Part shown: positions 24,580-36,690 of the stretch, piece by piece
Layout of the letters: each line of letters opens with the position of its first letter
Position numbering within the stretch: the first letter of the stretch is position 1
From: Podarcis bocagei
Taxonomy: Eukaryota
NCBI GenBank assembly: GCA_964188305.1
Contig: OZ076886.1
Reading direction: 5' to 3' (one strand)
DNA length: 64,000 nt
The notes under the pieces: model-generated
Seen by the model: only the letters and a program-made list of their open reading frames with translations
Database searches by the model: none
What the model was told of the DNA's origin: nothing
Made by a program: the position numbers and the translations under genes

Positions 24580-27487
24580 ACATTCATATGGATCTCAAGG
24601 ACGAGGCATGCCTACATGTCTTACCTGACTCCGTTCGATTTGTCTCCCATCCTTCCTCCCAAAGGAAGGGGTCAATGTCAGCTTCAACTATTCCTGAAGG
24701 AATTTGACATGAAAACATTCAGATCTATTTATTCGTCCACATTACAAAAGGGACATGTCGTACAGAGAGCTCAGGCCTCGCCTGTGTTTTTAGAGAAGAA
24801 ATGGAACTGCAACTGGAATGCTGGGCTAGTCTGAGGAGTGGTCATTTTATTAAGTTGGATTTCTAATTGGAATGAAATAATGCTGGCATTTAGAAGTCGG
24901 CGTTTCACCTTTTCTGAACGCCCAGGCTTAAGTTTCATTACAGCGGGGTGTCATCTTAACAATGGCGTTCAAGCGATGGAGAGAAATTAAAAAAACCTTT
25001 AATGTGTGGCCCACATTTGGTCTTTTGGGTGTTGACTCAATGGCAGTCCATAGCTTTTAGGTATGTGTAAGGCCATATATGAAAGCAATCTAGGGTGGAT
25101 GCTCATACATGACGCTGATTTTTATCTCTATCCTATCTATTCTCTGTTTGTCTGATTACCAGTAGGTATACAAGATTACATGCAAAAGTGTGTCCTGGTG
25201 ATGTTGTCACCAAAAAGTCATTTCTAAGTTCCTTTTTCACTGGTGCAACGTTTTTACGTGAGCAGGAATCCAGTATTGCAGATCTGGAATCTGATCTATG
25301 CACTAATGTTGTTGGAAGAGCTGTGTGTGTGTGTTTGTTTGTGTGTGTGTGTGTGTGCGCGTGCGCGCGTGTACGTACACACACACACGTAAAATGGGGT
25401 TAAAATAATACTAAGGTGCAGCATGTTAGACATCTGTAAGTGTGTGTTTGGATGAAGCCCAGGGTTCAGCATTAAATTAGCAAGTATTACATGGGAATGG
25501 AGGGCGAGGGGAGAGGTACCAATTCCATAAGGTTTTGAGTGGCCTATGCAGCCTGAACTAATCCCACTAATTTTCCAGTTTGAACTAGAAGGGATTGGCA
25601 TAGTCCTCATATGGCTCGTGGGTGCCAAGTGACCCAAATCAGTTTGCTGTGATAACTCAGGAATCTACCACCTGCAAATGGCCTAAACTGCTCATCACTC
25701 TGCTGTCTTCCACACCTCAGCAGTTCATCAAATGCTGCCCAACCACAGACCTTGCAGGTTGCTTTGACCTTAGACTCCTTGCCATTCCGTTGGGTTACCT
25801 GAGTTGCTGTGGTTTGTGATGGAATTCTGAAGTGTTGGCTACATCTGGGTTGGCAAGCAGCTGTGAAAACAAAGTCAGTCTTGGTCCAAACAAGACTCTG
25901 TCCAATGGATAAGGGAAAGTGGGCGAGGATGGAAGAAGGCAACTGCATAAAATTAAAAACACGAACCTTCAACTCAACATTCCCTCTGTTTGTATCACAG
26001 TTCTTTGTAGTGTTGATTCATTAAAACAATAATCATTTCCTTGGCATGAATTTCCAAAACCATTTCATATGACTTTAGTTCATTTTTAATTGCTGCTCTC
26101 CCTTTAGCGATCTAAGAAGCGACATGGAAATGTCCACACAAATGAGAAGCAGGCGTCGCAGTTATGCACTTAGCCATTTTTTAAGTGCCGACGAATGATA
26201 ATAACCTATCAAAATGCCCATTGCGAGAATAGCTTATTTGTGTGTGGAGAGAGGCATTGCACTGCTCTGTGGTCTTCCTGTCAGGCCATTCAGTGTCAGG
26301 GTTGGAGAACAGACTTCACCTTCCATACCGCAGTGGCACTAAGTGCAGCGGTTTGGTTTTCCCTCAAGGGAAGAAATGGCAACGAATCACAGAAAGTAAG
26401 GTGGCACACCAGTAGGCTCACCCACTTCTTGTCTCAAGTGAATGGAGCCATTTGAAACTCAAGCCTGCTTCACTCAGTGGAGCCACTGGCAGAGGAAGAG
26501 GAGTGCGAGGGGGAGCGCACCGCCCCTGGCAGTGTGATCCCGGTGGGGTGCCATCGCAGCAGCCCCCCTGCCCCCAGGACGCACGCCAGCCCCGCCCCTG
26601 CCTTCTCTCCGCCACTGAGTGGAGCCCCAAACTGAGTTCAATATATCTGGGTTTCCCAGGAGTGTGGTTGAATGTTAAAAGCATGGGGCGGAACGTGGGG
26701 AACTGACTCTTATATACAGGGGGAAAGGACTGTTTTGCCCCCTTTTTACCCCAAAAAGAGAGGGTGGTGTGGATATCAGCAAGCACAAACCTCTCTACTT
26801 CTTCAAGGGAGAAGTATATAATGAGCAGGGGCAGCAGAATAGATTAGCATTTAGATTTATTGAAAGTATAACTACAGACCCGCGCAAATGAGAGATATAG
26901 GTCCTGTTGAACCCTCTGTATATTTCTGCATTTAGTGTTTAAATTGCTTGCCTAGTCTAGGGGAAGCCATTTTATATACATCATTTTTTACATTATATAC
27001 TCCCACAGATACCTGATGTATTTCTCATTTTCTCACCACGTCTGTTACCCTCTGTGTTTTTCTCTCTCTTCTCAGGTGTTCTGTGTCTCAGATCTGAACT
27101 CTGTCCCATCCGCCTTTGTACTAACAGTCTCTGAGGCTCCTGGTTTACCCATAATGCATCCTTTTTTTCTTTTACTTCTCTATTTCACCAAAACGTCTTC
27201 CTAAACCTACAATCTTCCTACAGGCACTTTTTATTTTACCCTTTTGAACGTGGCATTACTACACCAGTGTAATTCTTCCTCTTGAAGGACTTTTGCCCTG
27301 TTAGTGAAAGTGCATGGAGGTTTTGTATTTGGACTCTCTCTTGCCTGAAAAGTTCATATTGTTTGCTTTTGTATATGAAGACTCTGCCAAGTCTCTGCTT
27401 TTACTGGCGAGCCACTTGCTGTAGCCTTGCGGCTTCCACCCTGCTCCAGAAGAGTGCTGACAATCTTTGGTTCCTACGTTACAACAG

Positions 27488-27608
27488 ATATCCCAACCGC
27501 CAAAATGGCCTTGAGACCGCACATGAGGATAATTTTTGGCGTGTTTTTGGAGAAGCTTTGGAGGACTTGGAAACATGCGGCCAGTCTGAGCTTTTGAGGG
27601 AGATTGAG
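27488..27608 (+). CDS. GRIP2: GRIP2 linker exon ([40 protein letters not shown])
   Basis: AG/GT flanked, 121 bp; [23 protein letters not shown] is GRIP2-type rather than GRIP1-type. Confidence 0.95.
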
Positions 27609-29292
27609 GTAAATTAACCTTTGAAAGCAGAAGGGGTGTCTAGCTGTACCACTTCTAGTAAGTTCCCCTCTCTTGGTTCTTCTTGAGCTGCGTCTTTCTG
27701 GTTGTGACTGAGGGGAGCTGGAGCTAATGGCAGGGTGAACAGAGCGCTCTATATTCCCCCTTCCCTGCGTAGTCAGAGTGTCACCCTTTATAAAGTGTGC
27801 TTCCTTTCAAGGTAATATCACTAGAAGCTTATAGTACACATCTTGAGCAGGTTGAGCAGGTATTACAAGGGTACAGGCACACAGGAAGGTTAGACCTGTT
27901 TTCCCCAAAATCTATATTAGCCTTTGCCAGCCTAATCCAAACTAGCACTGCTCTCCCAAGCAGAAAATTGGGATTTTCATCCTTTTTCTGTTTGTCAGAA
28001 GCATGGCTCCTGCATTTCAAGTGCTTGAAGCGGTCAAATTATCATCCATGTGTAAGGCTAGGTACACATAGCAGTTTAAAGTGGATTAAATGTTTATTGC
28101 ATTGAACACATAACATTGTCCCCATCTAAGTGGCACTTCCCCTGTTTAGTTCAGATTTTCCCAATAATGCAGTAAGGAAACAAAAATCCTACATAAAATT
28201 GCTTATTGCCCAACTGTGGACATACTGAAGCACATGATGGAGGTGGGTTGGATCTTTCATGTGCCTGGTGACTTTTCTGGGTGTCATCTATCACCTGACC
28301 CCTCTACTTCTGTCGGTGAGGTGCTCCTCGGTTTGCTGTTGATGGATCTGTCATGACACACACTTCATTTGTTCTTAACCCACTGTTTTGTGCAAGTCTG
28401 GTATATCAGAAAACTTGGATCTCAAAAACAAAATTTATAAAAGGGTGACAGGTACAAGTAAACAAATACCTGCCTGCATGTCCAATATGGACCTCACGTT
28501 TTTCAAACTCAGAGAGGGTGAGTTGCTGGTGGGGCTCAAAATTCAACTTCTTTTTTTTAACCTACTCTTTTGTGCAAATCTGGTGTATATGAAAACTTGT
28601 ATCAATTTTTGTTAATGGCCACACATACAGGTAAATAAATAATTTTGTGCACGTCCACAATGGGCCTCATGTTTCCAGAACTCTGGGAGGGCGTGGAAGT
28701 ATTAATGGAGATGAAGGAACAACAACACACACTGCGAATTCATCCCACCAAGCACCACCCACTAGCATGGATGGGAAACACCGAGATAGCATTCAGTTGA
28801 GAATGCTTATGTATGGATGGACAAGTACAAAAGTGCACATAGAAAGAGCAAATCTGTTTCTATGGTGTGCATCTAGCATTGGCCAAAAGGAGAATCATAA
28901 TAGGGCAGTAAGTCTTGCCATGATATTGTGGTGCTGTGGCCAGTTCCCATAAATTGCAAGTGCACGGCCAAAATTTTGTTGTCCTTGGGGGCTGGCATTT
29001 CTCATATATGCCAATTCAAGTGAACTCATGGTGAATCCTGAGCAGGCTTTGCAATTTGGCAGCATCCCATAGTAATGGGAGTCCTGAATCATCCTTGAGC
29101 GATGGCACCCTGTTCTCTCTCTGAACTTTGTCTTGCCAGTCTTGTTTGTTTGGGTGGGAGGTTCTAGAGCAGAGGGTGCAGGAGTTGGGACATCCATCTT
29201 GCCCTGAACCTTACTGTTCATGCTGCTTCTTGCACCGAGCTTACTGTGTTCTCTCTCTGTGTGTGGCTGTTTTTTTACTTACCCCTCCATAG

Positions 29293-29532
29293 GCATCCAT
29301 CATGACAGGGAGTGTACACAATCTAGACCTTGACGGGGGCAAGTTGCTCATGAACTCTGTCAACCAATCAGGACTGAGCCCACCAAGGAAAGGGAACACC
29401 AAGAGCTCAGGTGAAGGGAAGGGCAATGCCAATGTCACTCCCACCAAGAAAAATGACAGGAATTTGGAGATTAAGATGATGAAGGAAGAGATCCAAGAAA
29501 TCATGTCTCCCACCCCTCTTGAGCTGCACAAG
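29293..29532 (+). CDS. GRIP2: GRIP2 exon (ASIMTGSVHNLDL...EIQEIMSPTPLELHK)
   Basis: tag|...aag|gt, 240 bp, phase 0-0. Confidence 0.94.
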
Positions 29533-29789
29533 GTTTGTGCTGAAGAATGGTCTGGTTATGGGTTTTAAGACTGTGGGGCAATGATAGGATAGAGGTGGGT
29601 AAAGGACTGGAAAAATAATAATCTCCAGAGGCGGATTTGCCCCATTACTAAGTTTCTGGATAAATGTCTTTGAGCACAGAATGGCATGGAATGTTCTACT
29701 GATGTTAGTAAGCAGCTGGTGTCCTCTAGTGGGGACAGCGCCCTCTTCCTGCCACTCCCTTGCAATGCACCCCACACACCTAGCAAAAC

Positions 29790-29970
29790 TGCAACGGAGT
29801 TCAGGGGTAGAGCACATTCTTTGGATGCAAAAGGTCCCAGGTGCAACCTCCAGCATCTCCAGGCTGGGCTGTCTGAATCCATAGAGAACCTGCTGCTGCT
29901 AGTCAGTGTTGGTGATACTGAGGTAGATGGACCTAATGAACTGGCTTAGTAGAAGACTGCCTCCTATAAT
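29790..29970 (+). mobile_element. Degraded tRNA-Ala-like SINE
   Basis: GGTAGAGCACATTCTTTGGATGCAAAAGGTCCCAGGTGCAACCTCCAGCATCTCCA head; related pieces near 14130-14225, 32490-32630 and 56490-56650. Confidence 0.6.
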
Positions 29971-30886
29971 AGGATGGCTTTGCAGTAAAGCGGATGACAC
30001 ACACACAGGTAAACAAGAGTCTCATGGCGGGAGTAGCACAATGGCATGCAATCCATGGACACACGCCCCACCTCCCGTGCAGAGGAATGCTTACCATTGC
30101 ACCAAATTCTCCAAAAGGGCTTTTGGTGGTTCGGAAGTCTTTCAGGCATTTTGCTAGAAACCAAACATTCCTGTTTAAACAGCAGAGCTTCATTCTCAAG
30201 GCTGACAAGGTAGTCGATTTAAAGTTGGAACAGCGCCTACCTCCCCAAGCAACAGGATTGCTGGTTCGCACGGAGAGCCTGAATGTGTGCATTGTGTCTG
30301 ACCAAATGACCTTTTCTGATAGCAGTGTTGATATTCTCCCAGTAAAGATAGTAATTAAGACTACAGTACTAACCCCACTTACTTGGGACTAAGCCCCATT
30401 GAATTCAGTGTGGCTTGTTTCTGAGTAGGCATGGTTAGGACTGCGCTGCAAATGTGTTCTGTTCCTGACCCCACATTCCAACTAGGGATCATTATTGGGA
30501 GGGGTGTTAGAGCAATGTTATCACCTTATCCTTGTTTGTCCTGTGCCCTAGTTCTGCTACTGATGCTTTCTTGGAAAACACTGGCCATTTTCCTACTTCT
30601 GTGCCACATGCCCACACGTTCACTCTTGTCGCATCAGCATTGCACTCGGCTCCTGTGGCTTACGGTGCCGCTTGAGGAGAACACAGACCTGAAGCTGTTG
30701 TTTTACATTCACCATAGCTACTTAGTGACCGAGTTTGACATTTTAGGCTGAAACAGCTGAAATTTGCAAAAACTTCAGAATGAGACCCTCATTTATTCTT
30801 GAATCACTGGGGGGGCACTTGCTCCTCATGCTTTGTCCTCTGTTTTTGCTGTTCATACCAAATTAGACTTTCCTTTTCCTTTTCAG

Positions 30887-31033
30887 ATAACTATTTATAA
30901 GGATCCAGAGACTGAAGACTTTGGATTCAGTGTCTCAGATGGCTTGCTGGAAAAAGGCGTCTATGTGAATATGATCCGCCCAGATGGGCCAGCTGATCAG
31001 TGTGGACTCAAGCCCTATGACAGAGTACTTCAG
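30887..31033 (+). CDS. GRIP2: GRIP2 exon, PDZ7 first half ([49 protein letters not shown])
   Basis: cag|...cag|gt, 147 bp. Confidence 0.97.
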
Positions 31034-32941
31034 GTAGTAGCTATAAATAACAACAAAAGGTTTAAGAAACCCAAATGGGTCTGTTTCTTGAAGAAGAGCT
31101 TGCATCTGGGGCAAACCACCTGGGTTCATACTAGTGGCTGTTGGAATAGTCTGTCTAAAACGGTACACCCTCTTTTTCTTTCTGTCCTACTGCTGCACAA
31201 TTTCACTGATGGAAAGGTTTCTGTTTTCCTTAACCCAGGGGATGCCACCCTTTTTTGGGCCAGGGGGCACATTTGGAATTTTGACATAGTGCCATGGATG
31301 CCTGTCACAAAATGGCCGCCATAAGATGGTGCAGGAAAGGGCAAGCCCAGTGCAAACAGGAACTGTGAGCAAGAGGAGCAAACAATCTCTCATGCATTGT
31401 GGGCTTTTATAGAGACCTTTCATGGGCATTACAGGATGTACTAGCAGGCACGCTGGCAGCCAAGGGCACTGCGTTGGCCACCACTGCCTTAACCTGTCCT
31501 CCAGCTCTGTGGCACAAGCCATTCATACCCACATATTTTCCCTCAGGTGGTGGCTCCCTGAACTCCTTGTAGCTACTCCACAGGAAAAAGCCACCCAGAC
31601 CTTCAGGAGCCCCAGTGAAGGCTCTTTATTAATGCATTGGCACACCTCGCTGGCGTTTCTGCTGGGGGTAGGAAAAGAAGTGACAACTTGAGGTCCAAAC
31701 TGTTTTGTCGGCCTCTCCTGAGGCAGCTGTTCAGATCAGAAATGCTGGAGGCAGTTGGTACAACCCCCCCTCCCTGCTCTGCAAGCAGTTACATTCATTA
31801 TTTTAGAAGTCTTGCAATTCCCTGAAGGATTCTTTTGCTGTTCCCTTCAGCATTTTAAAAAGACTTTATTGGCTGTGCCACAATTAACTCTAACACATGT
31901 AGGGTCAGTAACTGAAAATCTGGCAACAATAAGGGGAGGCTCATTTGTGCTTGTTATGGTCCGTAGCCAGCTGGCCTGCTGCACCGTTGTTCTTTCTCAG
32001 CCTCAAATGAAAGACCAGCAGAAAGAAGGAATTGGGGGCAGAGCGGAGAGGGGGGACCCAAAAAAAAAAAGTAATTAGACTGCCGGCCACGTTTCTGCAG
32101 AATGTTGGCAATGTCACAGCCTGCACAAGCACCAAAGTGTTCCCCTTGAACGCACACTAGACCCAAAGAGGAACCATGAGAAGAGGACTTCAGTATCTCT
32201 GCATGGGACACCACTGAGGAGATGACCTTGTCGTCACTTCTGTATGATGGTCATCAGGACTGTAGCTTGAGGCGGTGGGAAGAGAATCGGCCTTGCATAC
32301 AGGAAGTCCCAAGTACTGGGGTGAAGCAACCACCTCAGGCATTGTCTCTGCGGGCACCCTGTCCACCCAGCTGGTGGCAGAGAAGCAGTGCTGGTTTGCA
32401 GCAAGATCTCACTGGATTTTTGTGAGATCTCACTGGAAACCACTGCCGTTGTCACCTCAGGTAAGGGAGGGCATGACAGCACGTTTCCGTTTGGCCTCAG
32501 GCATTGAAAGGGACATTGCCCAAGTGCAATGCCAGCATCTCCAGGTGGGGCTGGGAAACCCTAGAGCACAGCTACCGGTCAGTGCAGACAGAACTGAGTG
32601 AAATAGATCAATGGTCTGACTCTGTAGCATCCTAGTTAGAGGAAAGTGTTGAGCCGGCAGTGATCCATAAAGAGCTTTCTAAAGGTCAGAAAAATATAGA
32701 TGGATTTGTTTGACCTATAAAATCTTCATCCAGATGCAGAGGGATGGAAGAACTAACCCTAGAGCCGATTAACCTTCCTTGGCCTCGGGGTTGCGTTCAA
32801 GGTTGGGCAGCCCTCTGGGGGTTGTGTGCCGTTTTCAGATGCACCCACTTGCAGACACTCGTCGCACAAACATCTCACAAAAACCCACATCTGCAGATCA
32901 CACAGAGACACAGAGACACACAATGCGTTCTCTCTTACACC

Positions 32942-32946
<5 letters not shown>

Positions 32947-32995
<49 letters not shown>
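32947..32995 (+). repeat. (CT)n microsatellite
   Basis: Direct inspection. (TG)n/(CA)n tracts also occur at 17188-17228, 21854-21882, 24541-24576, 34081-34118, 34821-34861, 35278-35317 and 48765-48790. Confidence 0.95.
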
Positions 32996-32999
<4 letters not shown>

Positions 33000-34076
33000 G
33001 CACCGTGCACTCTCCCATGTGCTGACATACCATGCTCATCCCCATGGCAGCACTGGGCTGAGAGGAGCTGGGATGGAGAGAGCATCCCTTGTTTGTCTCA
33101 GAGGCTACAGAAACAAAAGGAGTCATCCTGCCTCAACCACTTGGGGCTTAGAATATAAAGTAGCCCTTCATTGTCTCCAGATGCTGTTGCTTCCGACTGT
33201 GTGCAGCAGATCTTAATATCCACATCTGTGCTTACCGTAAACTTAATTTAAATCCCACCTGCCAGTTTGACTGATTGAATACCCCACCTTACACTGTCAG
33301 CTAAATGCAAAGAATGTCAATCCGTAGGTTATCTGTCCCTGGTAGCCCTAATGAAACTTTGATTGAGTTAGGATAAAAGGTTTGTCCACAGTTCCATCAG
33401 GGATGAGGAAAAGGTAAATATTTTTAAGACAAAGAAATCAGAGAGGCTCCACCCTTAAACAACCTCATCATAACCAGGGAGCCTTTTCTGCAAGATGAAA
33501 CCCAACTGTATTATGGCGCCTGACCACTTGGGTTTTACAATATACATTTCTGGCCCCCAAATCATTGGCTGGAGAATAGAGTAGCCCCACAAGGATACAG
33601 CAACAGCTCACTATCCCTGACTTAATGCTTCTGGTTAGATTTTTGTCAAAAACTGTCCCACAAAAAGAGTACTGTTTGATCGGATGTCTTTTCCATTCTC
33701 TCACATAACTGAGGAATTGAATGGCTCCAGGAATGTGGTTTCCTGGATTTTTCTGCCATAGCATAGCATAGCATAGTTTGGTTTGGCCTATGTTTTATAT
33801 GTAGCAGAACAGCTCCCAAATTACAATCTATTGAGTGTTCAACGTTGACACAAGTTTAAGAATATAAGAACACAATATGAGCCTGCTGAATCAAGCCAGT
33901 GTCCCATCTAGTCCAGACCCTGTTCTCACAGTGGCTGACCAGACAGATAGATGCCTGAGGGAAGACTACAAGCTGGATGTAAATGCAACAGCACTCTCAC
34001 CACCTGTGATTTCCAGCAAGCGGTTACTTTTTTAAAAACAACAACACAGTAAAATAAAATTGTCTCATTTCCCTGT

Positions 34077-34121
<45 letters not shown>

Positions 34122-34158
34122 CCCATAATCCACTGTGAGTTTTCTCTCATCCCTTCAG

Positions 34159-34350
34159 GTAAACCGCATTCGAACCCGGGACTTTGACTGCTGCTTAGCT
34201 GTCCCTTTGATATCTGAAGCAGGAGACAAACTGGACCTGGTAATCAGCCGGAATCCCCTGGCCTTCACTGCCAAAGCCCAGCTCGATGAGGATTTGCCAG
34301 GCCGGCAGCCTCCTAGTGTGGAGGTCAAGGCAAACACACAGACGCTCTGA
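34159..34350 (+). CDS. GRIP2: GRIP2 terminal coding exon ([33 protein letters not shown]...KANTQTL*)
   Basis: cag| acceptor, end of PDZ7, TGA at 34348-34350. Confidence 0.96.
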   Translation, partial: VNRIRTRDFDCCLAVPLISEAGDKLDLVISRNPLAFTAKAQLDEDLPGRQPPSVEVKANTQTL

Positions 34351-34817
34351 ATGCTAGGTGGGCTTGGCATCAACTGTTCTTGAGGTCCTGTGGGGGTGGG
34401 GGCAAAGGGGTTGGTGGGTGTCTGTAACACTTTTTTCGGTTTTACTTTTGCACTGGTATTGTGATTACTCTGTGTAATGTAACTTGCCATGAAGAAATGG
34501 GTTTCCCTTTTGTCGCATCTTGAAGCCAGTCAGCCTAGGCCTTGAAGGCCCAACCTGAGACAGACCAATGGAAATGGTCCCGCTTTGGCCAACACGGTGG
34601 GTGGGATGGGCTGCTGTTGCCACTGAAAGCAGGAAGCAGTGCCCAGCACAACTCACCTGGGAGAGAACATCCTTTGCTCATGGTATGAGCTTCTCCAGCG
34701 AACGGGGTCACAGGGCACCAGACTATCATCTTTGCCCCTGTCTTCGAAGGGCTTGGGTACATGGTGCTATTTCTTGTTGTTTGCTTTGTTAAATCATGTA
34801 CAGTGAAACTAAATATT

Positions 34818-34864
<47 letters not shown>

Positions 34865-35275
34865 TTTGTTTCTGTGAAAGGCCACCCCTGCACTACCCCA
34901 TAGCTTTTCCTTAGCCCACGGCAAGAAGAGCCTTTTCCCAATTCACAGCCACACTCTCCCAGATCATTGTGGTGCTTGGGATCAACCGAGAGCAGAGTTT
35001 CCCCTCGCAAGTTTTATGAAGTCCTGAGCCATTTGTCACAAAAGACGGGGCTCAGGGATGTAATTTTTTTCTCCCTTGCCACGTCTCAGGCACTCATTCT
35101 TTGGGGTGCAGCCTAAACACATCCACCACTATTTGACTTCAAGACAATGTGTGCTTGTTTTCTTCCTTTCTTCCTTCATCTACTGTGTTTTTCTTAGACA
35201 GCACTGATGATACCATACATAAAGGGCAGGAAACTGGCTTTTCTGGGTCACCAGTAACCTTGTGTGTGCCTCCCC

Positions 35276-35319
<44 letters not shown>

Positions 35320-36690
35320 CACCAAGAATCTTTCTCTTGGTTGAACCATGAGTCTGTGAGTGGGCAGCTGAATGTGAGTCACTCACATAACCCTCTTTGC
35401 CCTGAGCCTCGTTTTTCCCCCCTATGGGAGTGGGGAAACCCTTGTATCTCCTTGTCACTGTTAAGCATGAGACATCCTCTGCGAGATTTGTATTGTGTCT
35501 CCCAGTGCACCCCCTGTGGGTCGTCCTAGTGCAAGTGCGTGCGTTTGTTTAAAAAAAAACCCACTGATGATGAGGGTTGACGCCCTGTTGTAACCGGTCA
35601 TAGCAGCAGCCCCATGTTTTTAGTAGTTACCTTCTCCTCCCTGGCTTTCTGAGCACGATGCCTATGTGACCCTCTGCCTTCCACAACTGAATTCCGTTGT
35701 AGTGATCATGGATGTGATATTCACATTCTTTGGATGATCTGCCTGCAGCAGGTGAGATGGACTTGCAACTTATGGCCATGATCTCTTCCTTTCCACATGG
35801 CAAAAATGCCGGGGCTTGCAAATCTCGCTCCGGCCAGTCCAATGGCCTGTGCCAGGGTTTCTGGAATAGCACTTTATTGTGGTGGTTTTTTCGACTGTCC
35901 CCCCACCAGGGAACTTGAGTAAGACCCTGGAAATGGGAAACTGGCTCCTCTCTTCCTTTGTATGCCCTTTGTTTTCTTTGGTACCGTTCTGATGCAAATT
36001 AAGATGCCATGTTTTGGTATGGGTAACCTTCTCCGGTAGATCAGTAAACCACGACTGGTTTTCAGATCTGAGCCCAGATTAAGCTGTGATTGCATCTACT
36101 TCTCTTTTTCCTCTCTCTCTTTTTTTAAATAAAAAATATGCTTATTCATTTTCTGGGCCACATCAAAGTTTCCGTGCTTTCCTTAAGATGTGCATGGAGT
36201 CCCTTTGGGGCTGCATCTAGCTGTAGCCATTTTCTCTTCTCAAAGTATGCAATATTCCATACCATGGCTGCCATATAACCTAGATAATGTGCCATAAAAG
36301 AAACTGGAGGGTATTGACAGTTGAGCAGAAAAAAGGGGTTTTATATGCAATATTCCCAAAATGGCGGAAGCTCAGCGTGGCTTCAAATAGGTTTTTAATG
36401 AAGACTTTTAATAAGGCTTTAAAAAAAATGGTCCTTGTATCCCTTCCTATGCATTTTGAATGATACGAAAATGAAATGCATTACTTAAATGTGTATTTTT
36501 ATCCATATATTAGAGTGTATTCCTTGTAAAGTATTTTTATACGCTAATTTTCTTATGTATCTATGAAAGCACAATATTCAAAGAATATTTTAGTCCTGTT
36601 TTGGACCTATTTGTAAATCTATGTATTTAAATGGTATTGCGATTACTTAGATTTTTTTAATTAAATAAAAGCAAAACAAAACACGTTCCC
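34351..36690 (+). other. GRIP2: Probable GRIP2 3'UTR
   Basis: Follows the stop codon; AU-rich distal block; AATAAA at 36128-36133 and 36664-36669, the latter followed by a GT/T-rich tract. End point inferred. Confidence 0.65.
36664..36669 (+). terminator. Polyadenylation signal AATAAA (GRIP2)
   Basis: Canonical hexamer at the end of the AU-rich block, with downstream CCCTGTTTTCTTTG. Confidence 0.65.

Noticed and set aside
26480-26630. GC/CpG-rich patch as an internal promoter
   Set aside because: Only about 150 bp, too short for a CpG island; a repeat remnant is at least as likely; no transcript evidence.
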